Below are positions 28,320 to 35,623 of a stretch of 64,000 nt of DNA, piece by piece. The translations under genes and the position numbers were made by a program. The first letter of the stretch is position 1. Every line of letters starts with the position of its first letter. The notes beneath the pieces are model-generated. The model did no database searches. It had not been told where the DNA came from and worked only from the letters and a program-made list of their open reading frames with translations. The stretch covers positions 186,001 to 250,000 of IMG/VR virus record IMGVR_UViG_3300036781_000418. One strand, written 5' to 3'.

Positions 28320-28736
28320 ATGAAGCTCAACATCCTACTGGAAGACGACATGTCACATGAGGACATCATGGACGTGCTTGAACTCATCAAGAAGAAGTTT
28401 GAGCGGACGTACGAGGTTGAGATAGACAAGGAAGTCCCACGGCTGATCTTCTACATCGCCTCAACGAAGGACTTTCCGTTTGATGATGACGATCGCGTTG
28501 GTGAGGACTTTGCGGTCAAGGTTGGTCGCGTTGCCGGCAACTGGGCGATCATGTCAAAGGTTCCAAACGGTACGACCCCACAAAGCCGGGGTCGTACGAA
28601 CATCATTGAGGTTGATGAGGACGGCAAGATCATTCCACAGCTTGAACAGATTCTGCCGAAGTTGGTCAAGGACCTGAAGCGGCTGGAAGCCGACAACCAT
28701 TGGAAGATTGAATGGTGCGACAACCATGAAGCTTGA
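28320..28736 (+). CDS. hypothetical protein with MKLNILLE N-terminus
   Basis: Shared N-terminal motif. Confidence 0.65.
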   Translation: MKLNILLEDDMSHEDIMDVLELIKKKFERTYEVEIDKEVPRLIFYIASTKDFPFDDDDRVGEDFAVKVGRVAGNWAIMSKVPNGTTPQSRGRTNIIEVDEDGKIIPQLEQILPKLVKDLKRLEADNHWKIEWCDNHEA

Positions 28737-28763
28737 AAACCTAAATGAGGAACTGTTCGACGT

Positions 28764-29183
28764 ATGAAACTCAACCACCTACTTGAAACCGAGATGGACG
28801 CCGAAGAGTACGACCTTGCGTTGATGCTCATGAAGAAGCAGTTCGATAAAATTCCAGGCGTGAAGGTGATCACGTACCCAGCTAAAAACTCTGGAGTAAG
28901 TCATATTACGCTGAGGTTGGGCGAGGTTAGACGTGTTGGCACCGATGAAATTTCCGACTGTGACATCACAGTTTGGAACCGATTCAAGGATAAGGATAAT
29001 GGCTGGCAAGTCAAGGGTATCTTTTACACCAAAAAAGGTCAAGTGAACCCAGAGCTGATTCATCGAACCACACATGACGACAGCGCCGTTATCAAGGTAG
29101 TGCACTCGGTTATAGATCAGATCAAGGACAATCTTACTACTCTTGAAAATGCCGGTAAGATCGTATGGACGCGCGTCAAGTGA
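28764..29183 (+). CDS. hypothetical protein with MKLNHLLE N-terminus
   Basis: Shared N-terminal motif; more AT-rich than its neighbours. Confidence 0.65.
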   Translation: MKLNHLLETEMDAEEYDLALMLMKKQFDKIPGVKVITYPAKNSGVSHITLRLGEVRRVGTDEISDCDITVWNRFKDKDNGWQVKGIFYTKKGQVNPELIHRTTHDDSAVIKVVHSVIDQIKDNLTTLENAGKIVWTRVK

Positions 29184-29460
29184 AGACCCAGTCCCGAGAA
29201 AAGTGGGCGAACTTTTTGGCGCTTCGCTAAATAGGCGATACAATTACAACTTACGCTGCTTCATTGCAGCACGGGAAGAAACTTCAAATGTCGGTTCTAG
29301 GTTATTCAGTCACATCGTTGCCAGTCAGTGGACTCGGTTGCGGCGCGCCTGCATATGCCTCCCCGCTTACGAGGGCTCTCGGTTAGAAAGTTAGTTTACT
29401 AACATGATTACCGAGGGCCTAGACGAAAGTTTAGGCCCTCGATTGTTATGTGTGCTTTGT

Positions 29461-29534
29461 CAGAGTGTGGTGCCAAGTGGACGGCGACCTGCTTTGGAGA
29501 CAGGAACATGTCGGTTCGAGGCCGACCGCTCTGA
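29461..29534 (+). tRNA. tRNA-Pro(UGG), atypical, no encoded CCA
   Basis: CAGAGTG/CGCTCTG-A; TTTGGAG loop; weak D arm. Confidence 0.55.
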
Positions 29535-29732
29535 CAAAGCACATCTAGCGAGAACCCAAGTGCAAGGTTAGCCAAGCACAACGGTGCGATAGAATGCATT
29601 CATGCAAGTTGATGTTGAAGTTTGACATCGACAAAACAACTGAGGCCTTGCTTCAGTGACCTACCTCGGTAGGTACGCTCATTAAAAATTTGACGTGACA
29701 TCTAGTCCAAGGGCACCAACCCTTGGACATCT

Positions 29733-29806
29733 GCGCCCATAGCTCAATGGTAGAGTATCGCTTTGACATGGCGATTACGAAGGTTCGATTCCTTCTGGGC
29801 GCACCA
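29733..29806 (+). tRNA. tRNA-Val(GAC)
   Basis: TCGCT-TTGACAT-GGCGA; CCA encoded. Confidence 0.9.
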
Positions 29807-29809
29807 TTG

Positions 29810-29957
29810 TTCATAAACCCAAGAGTTACCGCTTGCAATCGGTTATCTACTTTAACTTGGTGTAAAAACCCGGAGTGCGGTTCGAGTCCGCACAACGCCC
29901 ATACTGGCTTCGGGGGCAATCTCCGAGAGCTACTTTTGTTGCTCTTGGGTTTATGAA
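29810..29957 (+). ncRNA. Y-RNA-like element A
   Basis: 16 bp outer stem TTCATAAACCCAAGAG/CTCTTGGGTTTATGAA; TACCG-N9-GGTTATC; internal T-arm GTGCGG-TTCGAGT-CCGCAC. Confidence 0.65.
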
Positions 29958-29966
29958 TTTTTCTGT

Positions 29967-30052
29967 GTGGACATGACTGAGAGGCTGAAGGTGACGGGCT
30001 GTAACCCCGTTCTGTAAAAAGCGCGTAGGTTCGAATCCTACTGGCCACACCA
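29967..30052 (+). tRNA. tRNA-Tyr(GUA)
   Basis: ACGGG-CTGTAAC-CCCGT; long variable arm; CCA. Confidence 0.9.
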
Positions 30053-30061
30053 AGTTTAGAT

Positions 30062-30135
30062 GCGGGATTCGTATAGTGGTATTACCTCAGCCTTCCAAGC
30101 TGATGATGAGGGTTCGATTCCCTTATCCCGCTCCA
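30062..30135 (+). tRNA. tRNA-Gly(UCC)
   Basis: TCAGC-CTTCCAA-GCTGA; U73-CCA. Confidence 0.93.
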
Positions 30136-30150
30136 CATTAAGAGGCTTGA

Positions 30151-30618
30151 ATGGCTAGAGGAAGAATTGAAGTCTCACGTGAGCAACTCCTCCAAGCAAT
30201 TGAATCGACAGATTCTGCCGTTCAAGCTTCTAAGCAGTTAGGATTGATGTACACCACGTTTATTCGCAGGTGTAAAGAGCATCAACTATATGCTCCAAAT
30301 CAAGGTGGTAAAGGAACTCAAAAACCTCGACCACAGATGAAAATCGCTCTTGAGGATATCTTCAACGGTAAACATTTGATGGATTCAAAAGCCATTAAAC
30401 GGAAACTGTTTGAAGCAGGTCTTAAGAAAGAAGAATGCGAGTGTTGTGGAATAGGTCCAGTGTGGAATGGCAAGAAGCTTACGCTTCAGCTTGACCACAT
30501 TGATGGAGATCGAACTCACAATGCTTTTGAGAATCTGAGAATTCTCTGCCCTAACTGTCACACTCAGACAGCCACATTTAGTAAGGGTAAAAATAGGACA
30601 CATGCGTCTGTGGCGTAA
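30151..30618 (+). CDS. HNH endonuclease (free-standing, homing-type)
   Basis: CECCG..LQLDHIDGDRTHNAFENLRILCPNCHTQT; AT-rich; stop lies inside the downstream tRNA-Leu. Confidence 0.9.
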   Translation: MARGRIEVSREQLLQAIESTDSAVQASKQLGLMYTTFIRRCKEHQLYAPNQGGKGTQKPRPQMKIALEDIFNGKHLMDSKAIKRKLFEAGLKKEECECCGIGPVWNGKKLTLQLDHIDGDRTHNAFENLRILCPNCHTQTATFSKGKNRTHASVA

Positions 30619-30689
30619 TTGGTAGCCGCGCTAGGTTGAGGGCCTAGTCCTATAATGGGGTGCAGGTTCGAGTCCTGTCAGACGCACCA
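30604..30689 (+). tRNA. tRNA-Leu(GAG)
   Basis: CTAGG-TTGAGGG-CCTAG; long variable arm; ACCA. Confidence 0.9.
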
Positions 30690-30696
30690 TGTTTTT

Positions 30697-30771
30697 GGGG
30701 GAGTACCTCAGTGTTAGAGGGCCCGCTTTTTAAGCGGAAAGTCGAAGGTTCAACTCCTTCCTCCCCCACCA
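30697..30771 (+). tRNA. tRNA-Lys(UUU)
   Basis: CCCGC-TTTTTAA-GCGGA; ACCA. Confidence 0.85.
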
Positions 30772-30775
30772 GTTT

Positions 30776-30891
30776 GAGAACCGTCGTTGATTGGTTATCG
30801 GAAAAGTCAGGGGTGCTTAAACCCCAGGATGAGCATGGTTCAAGCCCGTGCACCCTCGCAAGAGGTTTTACCGATCTGCATTTTTGTTCTC
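30776..30891 (+). ncRNA. Y-RNA-like element B
   Basis: GAGAAC/GTTCTC outer stem; AACCG-N9-GGTTATC; internal T-arm-like GCATGG-TTCAAGC-CCGTGC. Confidence 0.6.
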
Positions 30892-30901
30892 TCCGTTTTC
30901 C

Positions 30902-30996
30902 GACGAACCGTCGTCGAAGGGTTATCTAGTTCACGACTAAAGGGCGCGTATGTGTCCGGCTGCAGAAGCCATCACCCTTCACATCATTTGTTTGTC
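30902..30996 (+). ncRNA. Y-RNA-like element C
   Basis: GACGAAC/GTTTGTC and GAAGGGT/ACCCTTC stems enclosing three small hairpins; AACCG-N9-GGTTATC. Confidence 0.65.
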
Positions 30997-31000
30997 ACTT

Positions 31001-31075
31001 GGGCTTCTAGTATAGGGGGAATTACTACTGTCTTGCACGCAGTGAATCGGGGTTCGAGTCCCCGGAGGTCCACCA
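31001..31075 (+). tRNA. tRNA-Ala(UGC)
   Basis: ACTGT-CTTGCAC-GCAGT; G3-U70; ACCA. Confidence 0.9.
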
Positions 31076-31084
31076 AGTTTTAAT

Positions 31085-31161
31085 CGGAGTGTAGCGCAGT
31101 CTGGTAGCGCATCTGCTTTGGGAGCAGAGGGTCCCAGGTTCGAATCCTGGTACTCCGACCA
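31085..31161 (+). tRNA. tRNA-Pro(UGG)
   Basis: CGGAGTG; TCTGC-TTTGGGA-GCAGA; ACCA. Confidence 0.95.
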
Positions 31162-31221
31162 CGTTTTCGCACGGCACGGATGACCGTTATCATCCACACT
31201 ACTACGACTACAAGGAACTAA

Positions 31222-31509
31222 ATGGTACACGTAAAGATCATGTCCGGTGAGGACACGCACGATTCTTACCCAGGTAAGAACTACACGCTGATCACAGTCA
31301 ATGACCGAGATCGGATTCAGTTCGGCGAATGGGGTTCGCTCTTCGGTAACCCAGCCAACACAGCTGACGATCGCGGTGGAAACACCGAGGTGATGATCGT
31401 GATTCGCGAGAAGAGTTCAGAGCAGGAGACGTACCCGCTGTTGGGGAACGTCTACATCATGAACGATCAAGGTAAGACGATTGCGACTCGCCAGAAGAGC
31501 ATCAATTAA
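31222..31509 (+). CDS. hypothetical protein
   Basis: AAGGA RBS; 95 aa between tRNAs. Confidence 0.65.
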   Translation: MVHVKIMSGEDTHDSYPGKNYTLITVNDRDRIQFGEWGSLFGNPANTADDRGGNTEVMIVIREKSSEQETYPLLGNVYIMNDQGKTIATRQKSIN

Positions 31510-31516
31510 GAACAAC

Positions 31517-31624
31517 GCGGACGTAGCTCAGTTGGATTAGAGCTCGGCACACAAAACAAAGGCGGCCGGCTTGCCGATCAGTAGTGTGACGCGGTCAGAG
31601 GTTCGAGCCCTCTCGTACGCACCA
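31517..31624 (+). ncRNA. tRNA-like RNA with an expanded anticodon loop
   Basis: Normal acceptor, D and T arms with ACCA; CACAC/GTGTG stem closes a ~31 nt loop with no 7-nt anticodon loop. Confidence 0.7.
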
Positions 31625-31806
31625 AACGCGGACTCTCCCTGCTCACAGCGCTCGGAACGCCCATACAACCCATGGAAGAGCTCCTAGCTAGTACCTAGAG
31701 GCGGACTTTCGGCATCACTTAAAAACTGGTGCGGTTGGTGGTTAGCTTGTATGGTGCTCCCTGAGTAAAGAGGACCCGACCGGACAAGTCGCAAAACTGT
31801 TCCGAT

Positions 31807-31882
31807 GCAGGGGTAGCTCAGTTGGTAGAGTACTTGTTTGCCAAGCAAGACGTCGCGGGTTCGAACCCCGTTCCCTGCTCCA
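31807..31882 (+). tRNA. tRNA-Gly(GCC)
   Basis: CTTGT-TTGCCAA-GCAAG; TCCA. Confidence 0.93.
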
Positions 31883-31888
31883 AATTTT

Positions 31889-31978
31889 GGACACTTGGCC
31901 GAGAGGCTTAAGGCACCGGTCTTGAAAACCGACGGGCCCTTACGGGTCCCGTGAGTTCGAATCTCACAGTGTCCGCCA
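31889..31978 (+). tRNA. tRNA-Ser(UGA)
   Basis: CCGGT-CTTGAAA-ACCGA; long variable arm; GCCA. Confidence 0.92.
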
Positions 31979-31983
31979 GAACA

Positions 31984-32045
31984 TAGCAACCGCACGTGCA
32001 GGGTTATCATCCATTCGCTCTCCCTGTACAACCTCTTTGTTGCTA
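31984..32045 (+). ncRNA. minimal Y-RNA-like element D
   Basis: TAGCAAC/GTTGCTA and GTGCAGGG/CCCTGTAC stems; pyrimidine-rich loop; AACCG-N9-GGTTATC. Confidence 0.65.
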
Positions 32046-32056
32046 GTATTTCAGTT

Positions 32057-32180
32057 AGGGATGTCGTCCAGTGGTAGGACAGCCGCCTCAACGTCGTGAA
32101 TGACATCTTTAGTTGCGCAAGTAACCGCCGCTTCATGGTTATCCAAGCAGCTTACGTGGGTTCGATCCCCACCATCCCTA
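32057..32180 (+). ncRNA. tRNA (Gly-like) with the Y-type stem inserted in the anticodon loop
   Basis: AGGGATG/CATCCCT; D and T arms intact; ~53 nt insert AAC..CTTTAGTTGC-GCAA-GTAACCG-N9-GGTTAT. Confidence 0.7.
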
Positions 32181-32224
32181 ACCCCTTGACTTCAAGGGAA
32201 AGTATCCATTGGGTTCTTTCCTTT

Positions 32225-32354
32225 GGGGTCGTAGTGTAGTGGACAGCACGTTAACATCGATTGCTCCCTTTGTTGGACTTTGAATCCAACCGCTCGTGAT
32301 TGGTTATCTTTCTACAAAAAGACAGGATGGGTTCGAATCCCATCGACTCCACCA
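32225..32354 (+). ncRNA. tRNA-like RNA (G3-U70, ACCA) with the Y-type stem inserted 5' of the anticodon arm
   Basis: GGGGTCG/CGACTCC-ACCA; insert TAAC..CTTTGTTGGA-CTTTGAA-TCCAACCG-N9-GGTTA. Confidence 0.7.
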
Positions 32355-32367
32355 AAATTCTTTCCAT

Positions 32368-32496
32368 GCAGTCTTGGCGTAACGGTAGCGCGCGAACAGT
32401 CGTTCGCATCTTTAGTTGTCGCAAGGCAACCGTTCGTGAATGGTTATCTAAAGTACAAAGACGAGGTCCGTGGTTCAATTCCCGGGGACTGCACCA
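32368..32496 (+). ncRNA. tRNA-like RNA (ACCA) with the Y-type stem inserted in the anticodon stem
   Basis: GCAGTCT/GGACTGC-ACCA; insert AAC..CTTTAGTTGTC-GCAA-GGCAACCG-N9-GGTTA. Confidence 0.7.
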
Positions 32497-32564
32497 ACTA
32501 TTGGAGACGACAATGACAAACGAGAAAGGGCGATTGTGTTAGGTTAACTACACAAGGAGCCCAA

Positions 32565-32942
32565 ATGAGCCGAACCTTTCGGTGCAAGAACTACGAAGAC
32601 ACGCAGAACACGAGCTGGGACCGTCAAGGTCGCAAGATCGGTGGTTTCTACTGCGAGTACAGCTACGCGAACGAAGTCTACGACAGCAACCTTCACTGGG
32701 GCTGGCGGTACGTGCACATCTTTCGCCCTCCAACTCAGGAGGAGCTGATCAAGGCGTACTGGCGGAACCACGGCGAAAGCCGACACCGCTGCGCTCGCTC
32801 TCCCAGTCGGTACCACCGCGGCACGAGGATGGCGGAGAATCGTCGAATCAACAACCAGGAGCTGCATAAGTTCCTGAAGAACCCAGATCACGAGCCGATG
32901 CTCGAGGCCAACCCTCGAAACTGCTGGTGGGACTGGAGCTGA
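32565..32942 (+). CDS. hypothetical basic protein
   Basis: AAGGAG RBS; 125 aa. Confidence 0.7.
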   Translation: MSRTFRCKNYEDTQNTSWDRQGRKIGGFYCEYSYANEVYDSNLHWGWRYVHIFRPPTQEELIKAYWRNHGESRHRCARSPSRYHRGTRMAENRRINNQELHKFLKNPDHEPMLEANPRNCWWDWS

Positions 32943-33048
32943 TTTTCCGTTGTGAGCCTTGATCGGCCAAAGTCGCTGACTTATACGGAACCTGTGCAGC
33001 CTCATCAGCTGCACCGTGGTGACCATGGACAGTCACCGATCATTCAAC

Positions 33049-33135
33049 GCGGGTGTGGCGAAATTGGTGGCCGCGCTAGGTTTAGGTCCTAGTGGATTTA
33101 CATCCTTGCAGGTTCGAATCCTGTCACCCGTACCA
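33049..33135 (+). tRNA. tRNA-Leu(UAG)
   Basis: CTAGG-TTTAGGT-CCTAG; long variable arm; ACCA. Confidence 0.92.
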
Positions 33136-33299
33136 GTTTGGGGAGCATGGTTAGCGCCGTGTTCAGGCTAGCTTGGCCAAGCGGTTTAGTAGCGGACGGC
33201 CGTTCGCGAGCGACTTAGAGATGATGGTAGTGCTGTTCGACTCAGCGCCATCGAAAGCCACCCAAAACCCATAAATACTCCATACGTTTTGGAGTAGCC

Positions 33300-33629
33300 A
33301 TGAAGGTTGCACAGTTGTTCGAAGAGCTGAAAGCCTACACAGGTGGTCGGCTTTCAAAGACTCTCGAGAATGCAATGTTGGAGTTCTGCGATGCGTTTGA
33401 CATCGACAGCTTCTCGGTCTCAACTGAGAAGTTTCATCAGCCGCATCCAACTAAAGGTTGGAGCGATACGGTAAACGTGAAGAACTTCTTCATCAACATG
33501 GGGACTGAAAAGAACGCGACGCTGTTGAAACGGTACTTGAAGGACAAGGGCTTTGGAGTCGAAGATCGATACCGCCCTGAACATGTCGTCAATACTTGGA
33601 ACGTTCCAAAGAAGTTCAAGTCAAAGTAA
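33300..33629 (+). CDS. hypothetical protein with MKVAQLFEE N-terminus
   Basis: TAAATA at 33272; GGAG RBS. Confidence 0.7.
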   Translation: MKVAQLFEELKAYTGGRLSKTLENAMLEFCDAFDIDSFSVSTEKFHQPHPTKGWSDTVNVKNFFINMGTEKNATLLKRYLKDKGFGVEDRYRPEHVVNTWNVPKKFKSK

Positions 33630-33632
33630 CAC

Positions 33633-33720
33633 GCGTCGTGACCCTACATCGGTCTTCTAAGCCGATGACGAAAAAGAGTAGGATGGACGTCCACGGGTTC
33701 GATTCCTGCACGCCGCTCCA
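33633..33720 (+). ncRNA. D-arm-less tRNA-Arg(UCU)-like RNA
   Basis: GCGTCGT/ACGCCGC-TCCA; ATCGGT-CTTCTAA-GCCGAT nested in a CCTAC/GTAGG stem; T-loop TTCGATT. Confidence 0.55.
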
Positions 33721-33738
33721 TAACACAGAGGACCGATC

Positions 33739-34101
33739 ATGATTTTGCTTGAGTACCCCGACAACAAGAGCGCCCGCCAACACCTTACCTTGGGTAAGGA
33801 CTACGCGGTCGTTCGAGAGCTTGGCAACGGTCTCGTGATCGAGGCCGACAACTCAACTCCTGAGTCGCCCAACTTTCACACGCTGTTGGCTTCACGCTTC
33901 AAGGAAGTCGGTGTTGTGGTAAACCGTGACTGCACGAAAGCGAAGCCGATGCCGTTGGAGCTTGGACCGAGAGCGGTCGAGCTCAACATCATCTGGGACC
34001 ATGATGACATTGAAGACCTAGCTCCCGACCTTGACTCACGTTACGCCCACTTCAAGTGTGGTTCATGTGGGCACGATTGGTGGGCGGATTTAGGCGATTA
34101 A
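33739..34101 (+). CDS. hypothetical protein with C-terminal CxxC
   Basis: GAGGA RBS; KCGSCGHDW. Confidence 0.65.
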   Translation: MILLEYPDNKSARQHLTLGKDYAVVRELGNGLVIEADNSTPESPNFHTLLASRFKEVGVVVNRDCTKAKPMPLELGPRAVELNIIWDHDDIEDLAPDLDSRYAHFKCGSCGHDWWADLGD

Positions 34102-34104
34102 CTT

Positions 34105-34192
34105 GGAGATGTGGCAGAGTGGCCTATCGCACAACCTTGGAAAGGTTGAGGACTTTATCGTCCCATGGGTTCGAATCCCATCATCTCCTCCA
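34105..34192 (+). tRNA. tRNA-Ser(GGA)
   Basis: CAACC-TTGGAAA-GGTTG; long variable arm; CCA. Confidence 0.9.
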
Positions 34193-34198
34193 GACAGA

Positions 34199-34276
34199 AG
34201 CAGGGTAGCTCAGCCAGGTAGAGCGCTGGTCTCATAAGCCAGAGGTCGTGGGTTCAAATCCCTCCCGTTGCAACCA
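34199..34276 (+). tRNA. tRNA-Met/Ile2(CAU)
   Basis: CTGGT-CTCATAA-GCCAG; imperfect acceptor stem; ACCA. Confidence 0.75.
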
Positions 34277-34357
34277 ACACGTGGACCCTTGTTCACGGTA
34301 CAGCGACCGTAGCGTCGCAGTAGAATTGACTCATCAACAACGCATTGGACCGATGCT

Positions 34358-34669
34358 ATGCAACACAAGATGAACCAACTGATGCGTGTCAGCAAGACAC
34401 TTGGTTTCACTGAGTTCGCGTTTCCACTCGAACTCACGTACGGTCCAGCCTACGACGGCTACTGGATTGATCGAGTTGGACGTCTCTTTTCCACCAAGCG
34501 TGGTGAAGTTACGCCGCTGATCGCCAAGTGCACGGCCTTCGTCAAGGGCAACAGCTACGGCCTCATCATCCGTGGTAAGAACAAGTCGGTCTCTGGAACC
34601 GAACTGCTCCATGAACTGCGCAGCTCGCCCGAATGGCCGGTGCTGCTCGAACAATGGGGCAACATGTAA
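34358..34669 (+). CDS. hypothetical protein
   Basis: ORF between tRNAs; TAGAAT upstream. Confidence 0.55.
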   Translation: MQHKMNQLMRVSKTLGFTEFAFPLELTYGPAYDGYWIDRVGRLFSTKRGEVTPLIAKCTAFVKGNSYGLIIRGKNKSVSGTELLHELRSSPEWPVLLEQWGNM

Positions 34670-34675
34670 GATCAT

Positions 34676-34761
34676 GCGCATGTGGTGTAATTGGTAGCCA
34701 CACTTCTCTCAAAAGGAAGCGTCCGTAGGGCGTGTCGGTTCGAGTCCGACCATGCGCACCA
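34676..34761 (+). tRNA. tRNA-Leu(CAA)
   Basis: CTTCT-CTCAAAA-GGAAG; ACCA. Confidence 0.92.
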
Positions 34762-34893
34762 GGTGAGACCCCCGAAGTGACTAGGACGCGAGGCGGTCAT
34801 CGAGTAGAGGCGGCCACGGAATCGTGGCGGTAAGTAGTGAACACAACCTCCTCTACCGACCAGTGAGGTGACTGGATGAGAAAGCAGGGTTAA

Positions 34894-34993
34894 ACGCACT
34901 GATGAGCTGGTGAGAGTCCAGCGAAACGGGAAGGTGAACAGCCGATCGAGCGCTAGGTCGCGGCTCTCGACGCAGTATCCTTTCCGTATGCGT
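34894..34993 (+). ncRNA. type I hammerhead ribozyme
   Basis: Stem I ACGCA/TGCGT; core CTGATGA; stem II GCTGG/CCAGC; GAAA; stem III CGGGAAGG/CCTTTCCG; GTA cleavage triplet ending at 34988. Confidence 0.85.
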
Positions 34994-35007
34994 AAATAGA
35001 AACATAT

Positions 35008-35093
35008 GCTGGAGTAGCCAAGTGGTTGACGGCAACTGCCTTGTAAGCAGTCGGAGTTATCCCGCGCAGGTTCGAATCCTGTCTCCAGCTCCA
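35008..35093 (+). tRNA. tRNA-Thr(UGU) with an unusually long variable arm
   Basis: ACTGC-CTTGTAA-GCAGT; extra arm CGGAGTTATCCCGC; TCCA. Confidence 0.8.
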
Positions 35094-35336
35094 AGAAGTT
35101 CCAGGTGACTACGTGTAGGGGGTCTGGCCCAGTGCACACAGAAAATGCGTAGGATATTGGCCGTGAGAACCATGGTTTATGAGGCATGAGAAAAAGATTT
35201 GTCGGGACTGTGCCTCCGGAAACGACATGACCTGCACGAGAATAAGAGCAATGGTAAGCTTTGCAGGGTGCCACAAATATTTGTCAACGCGGAAGCAGTT
35301 GACCGGGGCTCTGTGTTTCATCCCCAACCTATCAAT

Positions 35337-35415
35337 GTCGAAGTGGGAGAGTGGATTACTTCCGACAGGCTGCAACCCTGTAGACGCATCGGTTCGATTC
35401 CGGCCTTCGACTCCA
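35337..35415 (+). tRNA. tRNA-Cys(GCA)
   Basis: ACAGG-CTGCAAC-CCTGT; U73-CCA. Confidence 0.85.
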
Positions 35416-35528
35416 AACGGGACCCTACGTAAGGGTAAAACGTCTGACCTGACGGGGAAACGCTTGAAGGGGCGCCTGACGGTGGGAGAAACAGACGACG
35501 AAACTGTAGGTCCTTCGGTTTCAACAAT

Positions 35529-35614
35529 GCGACTGTGGCGTAATTGGTAGCCGCGCAACGCTCAGAACGTTGTGGTCCTAGACCGTGGAGGTTCGAGTCC
35601 TCTCAGTCGCACCA
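35529..35614 (+). tRNA. tRNA-Leu(CAG)
   Basis: CAACG-CTCAGAA-CGTTG; ACCA. Confidence 0.92.
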
Positions 35615-35623
35615 TTGATCAAT

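Noticed and set aside
31165-31200. Tenth copy of the GGTTATC module (CCGTTATCATCC); similarly AGTTATC near 36988
   Set aside because: No AACCG-N9 spacing and no complementary YTTTGTT strand; at best degenerate.
32057-32496. Group I or group II introns in tRNAs
   Set aside because: Inserts are under 60 nt, lack a terminal G, P7 core, GUGYG start or domain V, and the same module also occurs permuted and free-standing. A novel intron type is not excluded.
33140-33262. Additional tRNA
   Set aside because: D-loop-like and T-loop-like fragments are present, but I could not build a consistent acceptor stem or anticodon arm.
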